DNA from: Cyanophyceae cyanobacterium
GTDB taxonomy: Bacteria; Cyanobacteriota; Cyanobacteriia; Cyanobacteriales; Laspinemataceae
DNA length: 64,000 bases
Assembly (NCBI GenBank): GCA_038321985.1
Contig: JBBQFN010000002.1
Location: 128,001 to 192,000, forward strand
Reading direction: 5' to 3'
Position 1 is the first letter of the stretch; every line of letters starts with the position of its first letter. Shown here one piece after another: positions 19,151 to 30,172 of the stretch. The translations under genes were made by a program, and so were the position numbers. The notes beneath the pieces were generated by a model, which was given only the letters and a program-made list of their open reading frames with translations, ran no database searches and was not told the DNA's origin.

Positions 19151-22100
19151 ATGAATAAAAAACTGACGTCAATGTACTATCAAGTCGGGGGAAGTTTACC
19201 GCCAAATTCTCCGACCTATGTCGTCCGTAAAGCCGATCACGAACTCTATGAGAATCTCAAGGCGGGGGAGTTTTGCTATGTCCTGACCTCACGACAAATG
19301 GGTAAATCTAGCTTGCAATTGAGGACGATGCAAACCCTACAAGCGGAGGGATATGCTTGCGCGGCGATCGATTTATCGGCGATCGGGAATAAAGATGTGA
19401 CGCCGGTGCAGTGGTATAGCGGGATTATTCATACCCTGGTCAGTTATTTTAATTTGTTCAGTCGCCTAGAGTTTCGGACTTGGTTGCGAGATCGCGACGA
19501 ACTATCTCCCGTGCAATGCTTGCATGAATTTATAGACTCGGTTTTGCTGGTGCGAATGTCAGAAAACATCGTGATTTTTATCGATGAAATTGATAGCGTG
19601 CTGGGATTAAATTTCCCAATTGATGATTTTTTTGCGGCAATTCGGGCTTGTTATAATAAACGAGCGCAGAACCCAGAATACAAACGGCTGACATTTGTTT
19701 TACTGGGAGTTGCCACCCCAACGGAGTTAATTCAGGATAAAAGTCGCACCCCCTTTAATATCGGTCGAGCAATCCAAATTGAGGGGTTTAAAATTCAGGA
19801 AGCGCAACCCTTGGCGGAGGGTTTAGAACAAGGGTGCGATCGCCCGGGGGTGGTCCTGAAGGAGATTTTAAACTGGACTAATGGACAACCCTTTTTGACT
19901 CAAAAACTGTGTCAGTTAGTGTTAGCTACTGAGAGTCCGATAGAGAGAGGGATGGAAGCAGAACGGGTGGAACAGTTGGCCCAGTCCCAAATTGTGGACA
20001 ATTGGGAATCCCAGGATGAACCCCCCCATTTAAAAACCCTGCGCGATCGCCTCCTCCGAAATGAACAACGTGCGAGTCGGCTGTTAGGACTTTATCAACA
20101 AGTCTTACTCTGTGTCCAACTCCCGGCAGATAACAGTCCAGAACAGCTTGAATTGCAGCTATCTGGTTTAACTCTGAAACGCTATTCTAAATTAACCGTT
20201 TATAACCCAATTTATGCCTTAGTTTTTAACGAGCAATGGGTGGAACAGGCATTAGCCGATTTGCGACCCTATGCCGAAGCCTTATCCGCTTGGGTAGTGT
20301 CCGATTGCCAGGATGAATCGCGCCTGTTGCGGGGACAGGCATTACGGGATGCTCAACAATGGGCGACGACCCATAGTTTAAGCGATCGCGACTATCAGTT
20401 TCTCGCCGCCAGTCAAGAGGTGGAAAAACGGGAAGTTCAAAAAGCCCTAGAAGCTGAGAAAAAAGCGATTCAACTTTTAGCTGAAGCCAATCAAAAACAG
20501 GTAGAAGCCAATCAGATTTTAACCCAGGCCCAACAAAAAGCCAATCGGATGCTCAAACGTGCCTATTGGAGCATTATGGGACTGGTAGCCCTAGCTACAA
20601 TAATCGTTTGTCGCGGTACTATTGCTTTAAAAGAAGCCCAAAAAGGCACATTAATTGAGCGCCAAGGGGCGAATGCTTTAAAGTGGTTTGAATCGGAAGG
20701 GGTGGAACTCGAAGCCTTGTTACTGGCGATGCAAGCCGGACAAGATTTAAAAGCTCTAGTTAAGGGCGATCGCCGATTAACCCATTATCCCACGATTAGC
20801 CCTTTATATGCATTACAAACCATTCTCCATCAAATCCATGAAAAAAATCAACTCCGAGGACATCAAGGAGCTGTTCGGACTGTCAGCTTTAGTCCAAATG
20901 GAGAATTTTTGGCGACGGGAGGAGAAGAGGGCCGAGTGCAACTTTGGAACCGTTCAGGAGTGTATATTAGGACTATTGAACTTCATAAAAGCCCCATTGA
21001 TAGCGTTAGTTTTAGTTCCGATGGTGCGCGAATTGCAACCGCTTCCGAAGATGGAACGGTGCAAATTTTGCAACGAAATGGAACCCGTATCGGGGCGATT
21101 AGCGCCGAAACAGGAGCAATTGATCGAGTCAGTTTTAGTCCCGAGGGCGATCGCTTAGCTACCGCTTCAGAAACTGGCACAGTCCGAGTCTGGAATCAGC
21201 AAGGAAAGTTGCTTAATGAAATAGGAAGCGCTAACCGTACAATTAACACCGTGAGTTTTAGTCCCAACGGAGAACACTTTGCTACTGCCGAAGTCCAGGG
21301 AACCGTGCGAATTTGGAATCTAAATGGCAAACTTAAAGCCACCTTAACTATTCCCTCAAATCCCCGCCAAGAGTTCAGTTCCACTCCCGATGCTCAACCG
21401 TCAGTCAACAGCATGAGTTTTAGCCCCAACGGGGAATTATTAGCAACTGCTGGATTTGATGGGACGGTGAGAATTTGGAACCTATCGGGTCAAGAACTCT
21501 CAGAGTTCAACACCGCTCAAAGCGCCATTAATAGCATGAGTTTTCATCCCAACGGGTCAGAAATTGCAATTGTAGGATTTGATGGCAAGGTGCGTCTGTG
21601 GACTCTGGAAGGGGTATTACTAGAGCAATTTAAAGGCGATCGCCATGATCGGATTACGAGCATGACCTTTAGTCCTGATGGAGAGCGTTTAGTGACTGGA
21701 GGAGTGGATGGAACGGTAAGACTCTGGGATATTTCCCGCCCACAGAATGAGCCATTTCAACTCCCTCAAAATCAGAGCGATCGCCCTTTACCCAAGAAGG
21801 AAACCCCAGAAACCAGCAACTCCCCGCAAATGATGGCGCGATCAACTAAAATCCCTTTAGAAAATCAGTTTTTACGGATAGGATTTAGTCCGGACGGGGA
21901 ACGGTTTGCCACTGCTCAAACCAATGGAACTGTTCAGATTTGGACCAGTTCCGGTCAGGCAGTCAGTCCCCCATTCCAAGCCCATCAAAGTCGGATTTCT
22001 ACTCTCAGTTTTAGCCCGGATGGACAGTCTTTAGCAACTGCCGGAGAAGACGGAAGCGTGCGCCTCTGGAATCGGTCTGGCGAACCTCTTCAGCCCAAGT

Positions 22101-22687
22101 TAAACAATCCGAGTGGAGAAGTCAAAAGCCTGAGCTTTAGTTTTGATGGCAAACAAATTGCCCTCGCTAATGGACCCGGACTTTTAAAAATTTGGAACCT
22201 TTCCACGAACCAGGTCGATACAATTCCCTTCCCCTATGGTCAAATTAGTAGCATTAGCTTTAGTCCGGACGATGACCGTCTGGCGATCGCCTCTGCCGAT
22301 GGCAAAATTCGCTTATGGAATCTATCCGGTGAAGAACTGGATAAATTTAACAGCGATACTCCCTGGGTCACTGCCATGAGCTTTAGTCCTAATGGACAAC
22401 TGTTAGCCACCGCAGGAACCGATGGTACAGTTACGGTTTTTCTACTGACCGGTCAACTTTCAAAACAAGTTTTGGCGAAATTTAAAGCCGATGAAACTGA
22501 TGTTTTGAGCATGACCTTTCTCTCGGAGGGTCAAGGACTGGTAACGGTGGGAACGGACAATACATTGCGGTGGTGGCGCATCAAAGAATTAGATGAATTG
22601 CTCGAAACCGGATGTCACTGGCTTACGGATTATTTAAAAGCGCATCCCCAAGCCCAAGCGGACCTGCCCATTTGCCAACAGCCCTAA
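19151..22687 (+). CDS. AAA_35 NTPase - transmembrane helix - about 13 WD40 repeats
   Basis: [49 protein letters not shown]; repeated SFSPxG..ATA..DG.V..W; start may be 19127. Confidence 0.93.
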   Translation: MNKKLTSMYYQVGGSLPPNSPTYVVRKADHELYENLKAGEFCYVLTSRQMGKSSLQLRTMQTLQAEGYACAAIDLSAIGNKDVTPVQWYSGIIHTLVSYFNLFSRLEFRTWLRDRDELSPVQCLHEFIDSVLLVRMSENIVIFIDEIDSVLGLNFPIDDFFAAIRACYNKRAQNPEYKRLTFVLLGVATPTELIQDKSRTPFNIGRAIQIEGFKIQEAQPLAEGLEQGCDRPGVVLKEILNWTNGQPFLTQKLCQLVLATESPIERGMEAERVEQLAQSQIVDNWESQDEPPHLKTLRDRLLRNEQRASRLLGLYQQVLLCVQLPADNSPEQLELQLSGLTLKRYSKLTVYNPIYALVFNEQWVEQALADLRPYAEALSAWVVSDCQDESRLLRGQALRDAQQWATTHSLSDRDYQFLAASQEVEKREVQKALEAEKKAIQLLAEANQKQVEANQILTQAQQKANRMLKRAYWSIMGLVALATIIVCRGTIALKEAQKGTLIERQGANALKWFESEGVELEALLLAMQAGQDLKALVKGDRRLTHYPTISPLYALQTILHQIHEKNQLRGHQGAVRTVSFSPNGEFLATGGEEGRVQLWNRSGVYIRTIELHKSPIDSVSFSSDGARIATASEDGTVQILQRNGTRIGAISAETGAIDRVSFSPEGDRLATASETGTVRVWNQQGKLLNEIGSANRTINTVSFSPNGEHFATAEVQGTVRIWNLNGKLKATLTIPSNPRQEFSSTPDAQPSVNSMSFSPNGELLATAGFDGTVRIWNLSGQELSEFNTAQSAINSMSFHPNGSEIAIVGFDGKVRLWTLEGVLLEQFKGDRHDRITSMTFSPDGERLVTGGVDGTVRLWDISRPQNEPFQLPQNQSDRPLPKKETPETSNSPQMMARSTKIPLENQFLRIGFSPDGERFATAQTNGTVQIWTSSGQAVSPPFQAHQSRISTLSFSPDGQSLATAGEDGSVRLWNRSGEPLQPKLNNPSGEVKSLSFSFDGKQIALANGPGLLKIWNLSTNQVDTIPFPYGQISSISFSPDDDRLAIASADGKIRLWNLSGEELDKFNSDTPWVTAMSFSPNGQLLATAGTDGTVTVFLLTGQLSKQVLAKFKADETDVLSMTFLSEGQGLVTVGTDNTLRWWRIKELDELLETGCHWLTDYLKAHPQAQADLPICQQP

Positions 22688-22896
22688 ATGTTACTAAAAA
22701 TTGAAGTCCCGTCGGTCTAATATTTGTCCCGATTTTAATTGAGGAATTGTTATGTTAGTTTGGCAGATTTTCAAAATCAACCCCCGATGTCGCAGTGATT
22801 GATTTTTAACTCAAAATCCCACCTTTTAGCAAATTCCCATTCTCAGCGTTGCTCACGCGACTGAACCTTTTTTATACGACACCCAAGGAAATTACC

Positions 22897-24108
22897 ATGA
22901 TCTCAAATTTAACCTTATCTCCCCTGAATCCTCTCACTAAAGCCCCCCTTCGCGAAGTCCTTTCCCCCCGTTATGTTCCCAACCCAACTCCTGTGGAAGT
23001 CCCCAGAACCCTCCCCAAAGAGGCAGTCACATCTCACCTTACCTGGCCTGCGGATACAGAATTGCTGGGGTTAGTCTTTGAAGTGACTCCTCGTGCAGCG
23101 GATTATCTGTACGCGCAGTACACTATTGGATTGCACGCCTGGTTTTTAGATCAAGTGCGACAAGCTGACCCGGAACTGTCCGCCTATTTACATGATGTCC
23201 AAAACGAAAAACCCTTTACCCTATCCGGTTTAGAAGGTAAATTAGTCTCCTGCGGAAAAGATTTTCAACTGCAACCGGGGGAAACTTATCGCTGGTATGT
23301 GACCGCACTTTCTAAACCTGTTGTCCAGTTTTTGCAAGGGTGGGTAAAGCAGTTACCAGAGACGATCGCCTTGCGGAAAGCCCCTTTAGAAATTCGTTCT
23401 TGTAAAATTTCTATTTTGCCGACCACTTATCGGCAATTATTTGCCTCCCAAGAACCCACTTCCCCCACCCTGCAACTCAGCTTTATGACTCCGACCAGTT
23501 TTCGGCGGAAAAAGCATCATTTTCCCCTGCCAGTTCCGGCTAATGTCTTTCACAGTTATTTGCGCCGGTGGAATGATTTTTCAGGCATGAATATCGATCG
23601 CGACCTATTTTTGAAATGGGTCGAGGAATCGGTGTTAATTCACCGTCACGAATTACAGTCGGCAAAAGTGGCCGCCGGTAAAAAGGGCATGGTCACCGGA
23701 TTTACCGGATTAGTGGAATTTGGATTATCTAGACAGTCGGGAGAAGTTCCGGAATTCGAGCGTTTATTCTATTCTTTGGGACAATTTGCCCCCTATTGTG
23801 GAACGGGACATAAAACTACCTTTGGATTAGGCCAAACCCGATTAGGGTGGTCTGTTGAAGAAGCTATTCCCATTCCTTCTATCCACAGTATGTTAGCCGA
23901 ACGAATTGGGGAATTAACAGAATTATTCATCGGCCAACGCAAGCGCAAAGGGGGCGATCGCGCTCGTGAAATTGCCGAAACCTGGGCCACTATCCTAGCC
24001 CGTCGTGAATTAGGGGAATCCTTACAGGCGATCTCCTCAGATTTACAAATGCCCTATCAAACGGTCAAAACTTATGCTAAATTAGCTCGCCGAGCTTTAA
24101 AGGTTTAG
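22897..24108 (+). CDS. cas6: CRISPR-associated endoribonuclease Cas6 with C-terminal HTH-like extension
   Basis: LHAWFLDQV, KPFTLSGL, FMTPTSFR, G-loop YCGTGHKTTFGLG; tail GESLQAISSDLQMPYQTVKTYAKLARR. Confidence 0.9.
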   Translation: MISNLTLSPLNPLTKAPLREVLSPRYVPNPTPVEVPRTLPKEAVTSHLTWPADTELLGLVFEVTPRAADYLYAQYTIGLHAWFLDQVRQADPELSAYLHDVQNEKPFTLSGLEGKLVSCGKDFQLQPGETYRWYVTALSKPVVQFLQGWVKQLPETIALRKAPLEIRSCKISILPTTYRQLFASQEPTSPTLQLSFMTPTSFRRKKHHFPLPVPANVFHSYLRRWNDFSGMNIDRDLFLKWVEESVLIHRHELQSAKVAAGKKGMVTGFTGLVEFGLSRQSGEVPEFERLFYSLGQFAPYCGTGHKTTFGLGQTRLGWSVEEAIPIPSIHSMLAERIGELTELFIGQRKRKGGDRAREIAETWATILARRELGESLQAISSDLQMPYQTVKTYAKLARRALKV

Positions 24109-24136
24109 CAAAATCTGATGTTTTGTCGTCAACTTT

Positions 24137-24165
24137 GTAGGGGCAGATCACTACTCTGCCCCTAC
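24137..24165. repeat. GTAG-type REP-like palindrome
   Basis: GTAGGGGCAGA-N7-TCTGCCCCTAC. Confidence 0.7.
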
Positions 24166-24370
24166 TCCCTATCCCTAACTATCGGCACCGATTTTATAAA
24201 AATTTCTGGATTGATTTCTGGTCATTCCCTAACCCATTTTCCCCAGCCAGATCCCTTTGTTCCCGGATTTATACTCCGGGAATATTTTGGGGTCAATTTT
24301 TATTTTCATTCATTTTGATATGGATTTCCCATAAAATCATGTTAAAATCGCCCCATATTTAGGTACAAAA

Positions 24371-24754
24371 GTGGAATTTCGAGATTATACCGCCCCTCAA
24401 TATCAAGCCGAAGTTGAACAGCAATGGCGGAGATTGAAAATGGGAATGCAGGTTCAAGAAAAATCCCTTCAAGTAATGAAAGAAGTGCTAAACGGCGCTC
24501 AAAGCCAAAGACGCGATCGCCGTTTGGAAAATGCGATCGCCAGTGCAGCGATCGCGATCGGCACCACCACCTCATCAGTCATTTCTATAACGCAGGCGAT
24601 CGCCCGCCTTCCGAAATTTGACTCCCCGAGTGAATTCTATCTCACTCAGCTCGGAGTGAATTATGGGGGGGTCTTTTTAGTCAGTATTCTGCTGGGAATT
24701 CTGTTGGGAGGAGTCTGTTGGGTGGGATTAAATCGCTGGCGATCGCCCAGTTGA
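24371..24754 (+). pseudogene. Probable C-terminal fragment of a helical protein with 2 terminal TM segments (CorA-like end)
   Basis: No RBS, frame closed by TAA at 24332; long helix then RDRRLENAI..AIAIG and a second TM. Confidence 0.45.
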
Positions 24755-25208
24755 GACTCATCCTAAATTTACCCTGCTTCATTTCTCAATCCATAGATTC
24801 AAAATACATCTATCTACAGGAGGAGGTGAAAGGCTGCCGTCGCCAAATACGACCCACGTAACTCGGCTAATATGGTAGCCCCCGTTACTCAATCCCCTCC
24901 CTCAATTGTCGGGACTCTGAGGCGATCGCCCCCATGCCAGCACCGGAATTCCTAGAGGGAGTCCAGAAAAAACCCGGTGACTATTTTAATTATTCCAGTA
25001 AAGGTTATCTCGTCGCTCAAAATCCTCCTAAAGAGGATTGCAACTCCTCCTATCATCTCTTACTCTAAAGCAAGACTAAGTTGGTTTTCAGCAGGTAGAT
25101 TCCCAAGCGTTCAAATTTTTCCCTTGGTGTGTCAACCTGAACCTGAAAGGGTTCTAGCTCAATTAACAAGCAACCGTAATTTAGTAGTAAATCTCAACAA
25201 AAAATATC

Positions 25209-26129
25209 ATGCAAGCTGTGAATCTCTCTAAAATAGTTTTGGCAAGTGCCTGTACTTTAAGTATAGTTAGCGTGCCTTTATTAAATCTCCCCGGTTTGGC
25301 TCAAACCTCACCTGATGGTATGGGGACGACTTCCCCCAGTGCGCCTGCTGGAACCAACCCAGGCGGAAGCACCGATTTTGAGACGACTGACCCTTATACC
25401 ACTGACCCCGAGGGAGTGACTACGCCAGGAACGACTGATCCAGGCGGAACCACAGATTTTGAGACGACGGATCCTTATTCCACCGAACCGGATGGCACCC
25501 CCACTCCCGGCATGGTCGATCCTTATACAACTCAACCGGGTGGCACCTCAAATCCGGATATGAGTGACCCTACCCTGACTCCCGGGACAACGCCGGGTAC
25601 AAGCCCCGACACCACGAGTCCGAGTCTGAGTGATCCCACCCTAACTCCCGACACCACGAGTCCGAGTCTGAGTGATCCCACCCTAACTCCCGACACCACG
25701 AGTCCCGACACTACGAGTCCGAGTCTGAGTGATCCCACCCTAACTCCCGACACCACGAGTCCCGACACTACGAGTCCGAGTCTAAATGATCCCACCCTCA
25801 CTCCCGGTACTACGACTCCAGGTACTACCAGTCCAGGCACGACTCCCAGTACAACCGATCCGGGAATGCTTATACTACCTGCGCCAACGACAAACCCAGG
25901 GACGCGAACCACTCCAAATACTACAACGACCCCAGATAGAAGTACCATTATCGAACGCACCAACACAGAAACAACGACCCCAACAACGACCCGTTCCGCA
26001 ACCCAAGCTGTTCGCACCCGCGAGCGCAATCGGAACTTGGGATTACTCGGGTTGCCGGGACTTGTAGGTTTAGCGGGTCTGGCGAATGCATGGCGGCGTA
26101 ACCGCAAACAACCTGTTGCCTACCGTTAA
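25209..26129 (+). CDS. Secreted Thr/Pro/Ser-rich repeat protein with WGxxGxxG-CTERM-like tail
   Basis: Signal peptide (GLA|Q), PDTTS/SLSDPTLT repeats, tail NLGLLGLPGLVGLAGL followed by basic residues. Confidence 0.85.
   Translation: MQAVNLSKIVLASACTLSIVSVPLLNLPGLAQTSPDGMGTTSPSAPAGTNPGGSTDFETTDPYTTDPEGVTTPGTTDPGGTTDFETTDPYSTEPDGTPTPGMVDPYTTQPGGTSNPDMSDPTLTPGTTPGTSPDTTSPSLSDPTLTPDTTSPSLSDPTLTPDTTSPDTTSPSLSDPTLTPDTTSPDTTSPSLNDPTLTPGTTTPGTTSPGTTPSTTDPGMLILPAPTTNPGTRTTPNTTTTPDRSTIIERTNTETTTPTTTRSATQAVRTRERNRNLGLLGLPGLVGLAGLANAWRRNRKQPVAYR
25561..25810 (+). repeat. Intragenic tandem repeat (42-bp unit with added 15-bp subunits)
   Basis: CCCGACACCACGAGT and CCGAGTCTGAGTGATCCCACCCTAACT repeated nearly perfectly. 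Confidence 0.9.
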
Positions 26130-26179
26130 ACCGCACTAGAGATTTCGGTAGAGTGCAACGGTTTGTGAGAAAAACAGAA

Positions 26180-26263
26180 GAAACGACTGCAAGTCGTCAC
26201 TCCGAACAGAAGAGAGAGCTTAAATCTTTTCTTTTGTTTATAGTAACGACTTGCTGTCGTTTC
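26180..26263. repeat. Inverted pair of REP-like elements (TAGTAACGACTT..GTCGTTTC family)
   Basis: GAAACGACTGCAAGTCGTCACT and TAGTAACGACTTGCTGTCGTTTC; the latter is identical to 36031-36053. Confidence 0.8.
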
Positions 26264-26289
26264 GCCGATCGCCTTCCATTCAATAATCC

Positions 26290-28869
26290 TTAATTCAAAT
26301 TTAAGGGATCGACATCGATCGCCAAACTAATCTCTCGGGGACAGCGCGATCGCAACTCCTCTAACATCGGCAGTTCAACTCGCACGTTAGAGGGAAACTT
26401 GAGTAAAATCTGCCAACGATAGCGATCGGCAACTCGCAAAATCGGTGCCGGGGCCGGTCCCAACAACTCATACCCTCGGGTGAGATAGGCATCCTGTCCC
26501 CCCAGTACCTGAGCTAAATCGACCGCGGTATCCTCCACCGTCCAATCATCCCTCCCAGAAATTCTTAATAAAACCAATCGTCCATAAGGGGGATAACTCA
26601 ACGCTTCTCGCTGTTCCAATTCCTGCTGCACAAACGACTCATATTCCTGATTTCGCACAGCCTGAATCACCGGATGTTCTGGGGAATAGGTTTGTAAAAT
26701 TGCCCGTCCCGGTTCATCTCCTCGACCTCCCCGACCCGCAACCTGGGTTAACATTTGAAAAGCTCGTTCTGATGCTCTAAAATCAGCTAAATTTAATAAT
26801 CCATCCGCTGCCACCACCCCCACTAAAGTTACTTGGGGTAAATCCAACCCTTTTGTCAGCATTTGGGTTCCCAATAAAATATCCGCATCCCCATTCGCAA
26901 ACTGAGATAGTAATATCCGATGCGCATCTTTAGTGCGGGTGGTATCGCTATCAAATCTAATCACGCGCAACTCGGGTAACTGCTTCGTTAACTCCTGCAT
27001 GACACGCTGGGTGCCACTGCCGAAGTGCCGAAAATAAGGGGAATCACATTCGGGACAACGTTCTAGAGGACCTCGGGTATAACCGCAATAATGACAGCGC
27101 AGAAACTCGGTTCCGCCTTCATGCACTTGGTGATAGGACAGGGAAACATCGCAGTGTGGACATTCCATCACATACCCGCAACTGCGACAAGAGACAAAGG
27201 TACTATGTCCACGACGATGGATAAATAAGATTCCCTGTCGTCCCATTTCTCTGAGGGTACTTAACTCTTGCTGGAGGGATTCGCTAAACAAGGAAAGGTT
27301 ACCTTTGCGTAACTCCTGGCGCATATCCACGATTTCCACCCTGGGCATGGGTCGAGACTCGATGCGTTCGGGTAAGCGCAAATAATGGGTGGGTTCCGTC
27401 TCTATGGGATTTATGGCAATATCTATCCAGGTTTCTAAGGAGGGAGTGGCAGAACCGAGAATGAGGGGACAGTTGGATAATTCGGCCCGCCATTGGGCGA
27501 CAGTGCGGGCGTGATAGGTGGGGGCGGGTTGGTCTTGTTTGTAGCTGTCGTCGTATTCTTCATCTAAAATAATCATCCCCAAGTTAGGTAAGGGGGCGAA
27601 AATGGCCGATCGCGTTCCGATCGCAATTTGAGGGGTGTCTGTGAGCATTTGTCGCCAAGTGTCGTACCGTTCACCCTCGGATAGCGCACTGTGATATACG
27701 ACCACTTTATCCCCAAATCTAGCTTGGAAGCGATCGCACAGTTGAGGCGTCAGTCCAATTTCCGGAACCAGCACAATCGCCGATTTTCCTTGTGCTAATA
27801 TCGGGGCGATCGCCTGTAAATATACTTCGGTTTTTCCGGAACCTGTTACCCCATGCAGTAATACTCGCGCATATCCGTCTATCTGATTAATCGCTTCTAA
27901 TGCCTGTTGCTGATAACGGTTCAAAATTTTTGGCGAGTCAGGAGTTTGGGTGGGTTGCGCCCGAGATCGCAATGCTTCGCGATCGTAGATTTCCACGCAC
28001 CCTTTTTCCGCCAGCTTTTTCACCACACCCGAACTTGTCTGACAAATTTTTAGCAACTCTGCCATCCATAATTCCCCACCCCGTCGCCTGAGCACTTGTA
28101 GCACTTCCCGCTGTCGTTTGCTCAAATCTGGGGGGAAAGATGCGTCTATTAGGGTAACTGCTTGTTGGAGTTTCGGCGCAGGGCGATCACCTGCTTCATA
28201 GTAACTTTCCACCCACCCGCGTTTTTTTAGCTCCTTTAAGCCCGAATCTGCTCCGGGTTTAACTTTACTGCGAATATATTGTAAAGTATAATTCCCCGTG
28301 CCGGACCCTTGTAGAAGTTCTAGGATTTTTTGTGCTGCTATGGTTTTGAGGAATTGACGCCCACCCGCAGGAATCTTATCCGTTATGCGAATTCGGTGTT
28401 GCGATCGCGCAAAAAGCCCCGGAGGCATCCCCGCCCGAATTACTCGCACTAAGGGAGTATAATAATAATCCGCCACTCGTTCCAGCAGTCGCCAATAGTC
28501 TGGGGCAAAAAACCCAGAAACCACTACATCTTCGATATCTTTAACTTTATCCCGGGATAAATCTCTTGGCAATTGGTCCGTAAACCGAATCGCGATCGCC
28601 CCTAGCTGTTGCGATCCAAACGGCACACTTAGGATATCTCCCGGTTGTACCCTTAACCCCGGTGGCACTCGATAGGTAAATAATTTGAGGGGTTCTTCCT
28701 CCAGAGGAGTTTCAGAAGCGGGAGAATCTACTAATACCTCGATCCACTGCCCTTGCGGTTCTGCATTTGCCCCTGGCGTCTCCTTGATCGCATCATAATC
28801 TCCCCCCGGTTCCGCAACCAGGCGGGCGATCGGCGATAAATCAGACAAGGGGATCTCGTATTGCATCAT
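26290..28869 (-). CDS. priA: Primosomal protein N'
   Basis: LLHGVTGSGKTEVY, LVPEIGLTPQL, Zn-finger CxxC pairs, GTQMLTKGLD, QVAGRGGR. Confidence 0.97.
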   Translation of the reverse strand: MMQYEIPLSDLSPIARLVAEPGGDYDAIKETPGANAEPQGQWIEVLVDSPASETPLEEEPLKLFTYRVPPGLRVQPGDILSVPFGSQQLGAIAIRFTDQLPRDLSRDKVKDIEDVVVSGFFAPDYWRLLERVADYYYTPLVRVIRAGMPPGLFARSQHRIRITDKIPAGGRQFLKTIAAQKILELLQGSGTGNYTLQYIRSKVKPGADSGLKELKKRGWVESYYEAGDRPAPKLQQAVTLIDASFPPDLSKRQREVLQVLRRRGGELWMAELLKICQTSSGVVKKLAEKGCVEIYDREALRSRAQPTQTPDSPKILNRYQQQALEAINQIDGYARVLLHGVTGSGKTEVYLQAIAPILAQGKSAIVLVPEIGLTPQLCDRFQARFGDKVVVYHSALSEGERYDTWRQMLTDTPQIAIGTRSAIFAPLPNLGMIILDEEYDDSYKQDQPAPTYHARTVAQWRAELSNCPLILGSATPSLETWIDIAINPIETEPTHYLRLPERIESRPMPRVEIVDMRQELRKGNLSLFSESLQQELSTLREMGRQGILFIHRRGHSTFVSCRSCGYVMECPHCDVSLSYHQVHEGGTEFLRCHYCGYTRGPLERCPECDSPYFRHFGSGTQRVMQELTKQLPELRVIRFDSDTTRTKDAHRILLSQFANGDADILLGTQMLTKGLDLPQVTLVGVVAADGLLNLADFRASERAFQMLTQVAGRGGRGDEPGRAILQTYSPEHPVIQAVRNQEYESFVQQELEQREALSYPPYGRLVLLRISGRDDWTVEDTAVDLAQVLGGQDAYLTRGYELLGPAPAPILRVADRYRWQILLKFPSNVRVELPMLEELRSRCPREISLAIDVDPLNLN

Positions 28870-29097
28870 CGAATCACACCAGTTATGCTACCCGATTGTA
28901 ACGGTTCTTGAGAAAGAAGCCCAGCCGCTTCATCAAATTGTATGATGATAAACACCCCGGGGTCTATTGAAAAGTAGAATCCCTTTTCCCTTTGAACCCT
29001 GCTCTGTTGTATTTTAAATCATGGATGAACAAGCCCGCTTAAGTTTTAATCGCCTAATCCTATCGCTTCAATTGAGTCTCTTTTTTGCCGGATAATA

Positions 29098-29613
29098 ATG
29101 CCAGATTCTGTGATTATTGGGACGATAAATTATACGCAACTCCGCGACTTTTTAAACGCGGGTGAATGGGAACATAGCGATCGCGAAACTGGGCGGATTA
29201 TGTTAGAAATTGCCCAAACTCTCCGAGGTGGAAATTCCCTATCCAAGGCTGATGCTCAATGGCTGGCGCGCCTCGATTATCTCACAGAAGATGACAGCCA
29301 GGAATTTCCCGGTGCCGATCTTTGCCTCATCGATCGCCTGTGGATGGAATATAGCCGGGGTCACTTTGGATTCACAGTTCAGTCTCAGATTTGGCAGCAA
29401 CAGCAGCAAGATTATGGCAAGTTTGCGGAAGCAGTGGGATGGGCGATCGCCGGGGGGATGGGGTGGCGCAACTATTCGGACTTGATTTTTCATTTGAGAG
29501 CACCTGCCGGACATTTACCCGCACGGCCATTTTATACCGAGGAGGGGTTAGGGGTGGGATGGGCGCTCAATTTGGCATCCCGCTTGGATGAGTGTCAAGA
29601 GCCCGATTTTTGA
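29098..29613 (+). CDS. GUN4-like domain protein
   Basis: YTQLRDFL..GEW..SDRET, IDRLWMEYSRGHFGFTVQ, APAGHLP. Confidence 0.9.
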   Translation: MPDSVIIGTINYTQLRDFLNAGEWEHSDRETGRIMLEIAQTLRGGNSLSKADAQWLARLDYLTEDDSQEFPGADLCLIDRLWMEYSRGHFGFTVQSQIWQQQQQDYGKFAEAVGWAIAGGMGWRNYSDLIFHLRAPAGHLPARPFYTEEGLGVGWALNLASRLDECQEPDF

Positions 29614-29674
29614 GATGATCCTTTGATTTCCTCTTAGGGATATAATTATTATTCCAGAACGCTCTCCAGGGATT

Positions 29675-30172
29675 ATGGCCGAAAACTCCTCTGAAATTCT
29701 GATCCGTCCCGCAACCCCGGATGATGTGGCGGTACTGTTTGAGTTAATTCTTGCCCTCGCTGATTATGAACAGCTATCGGATGCTGTAACCGGCAATCCC
29801 CAGGCACTCCAGGACCATTTGTTTGGCGATCGCCCCTATGCGTCAGCATTAATTGCTGAATTCTCCAGTACGGTTGTGGGGTTTGCCTTATTTTTCTATA
29901 ATTATTCTACTTTTTTAACCAAGCCCGGTTTGTACTTAGAAGACCTGTTTGTGTTACCTGATTATCGCGGGCGAGGCATCGGCAAATCCCTGATTAGACA
30001 TCTGGCAAAATTAGCCGTCGATCGCGGTTGTGGACGGATGGAGTGGTCGGTATTGGATTGGAATCAACCCGCGATCGCCTTCTATCGTCACCTGGGGGCC
30101 GAAATTCTCCCCGACTGGCGCATCTGTCGCCTCACCGGAGAGGCCCTGGTTAAGAGCGGTTTACGGTCCTGA
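29675..30172 (+). CDS. GNAT N-acetyltransferase (spermidine/diamine acetyltransferase-like)
   Basis: YSTFLTKPGLYLEDLFVLPDYRGRGIGK, EWSVLDWNQPAIAFY. Confidence 0.92.
   Translation: MAENSSEILIRPATPDDVAVLFELILALADYEQLSDAVTGNPQALQDHLFGDRPYASALIAEFSSTVVGFALFFYNYSTFLTKPGLYLEDLFVLPDYRGRGIGKSLIRHLAKLAVDRGCGRMEWSVLDWNQPAIAFYRHLGAEILPDWRICRLTGEALVKSGLRS

Noticed and set aside
22688..25208. CRISPR array near cas6
   Set aside because: No regularly spaced direct repeats found by eye on either side, only isolated hairpins.
25561..25810. Repeats as a CRISPR array
   Set aside because: The units are contiguous, in-frame coding repeats without unique spacers.
25532..26107. 191-aa minus-strand ORF
   Set aside because: Antisense shadow of the Thr/Pro repeat gene.
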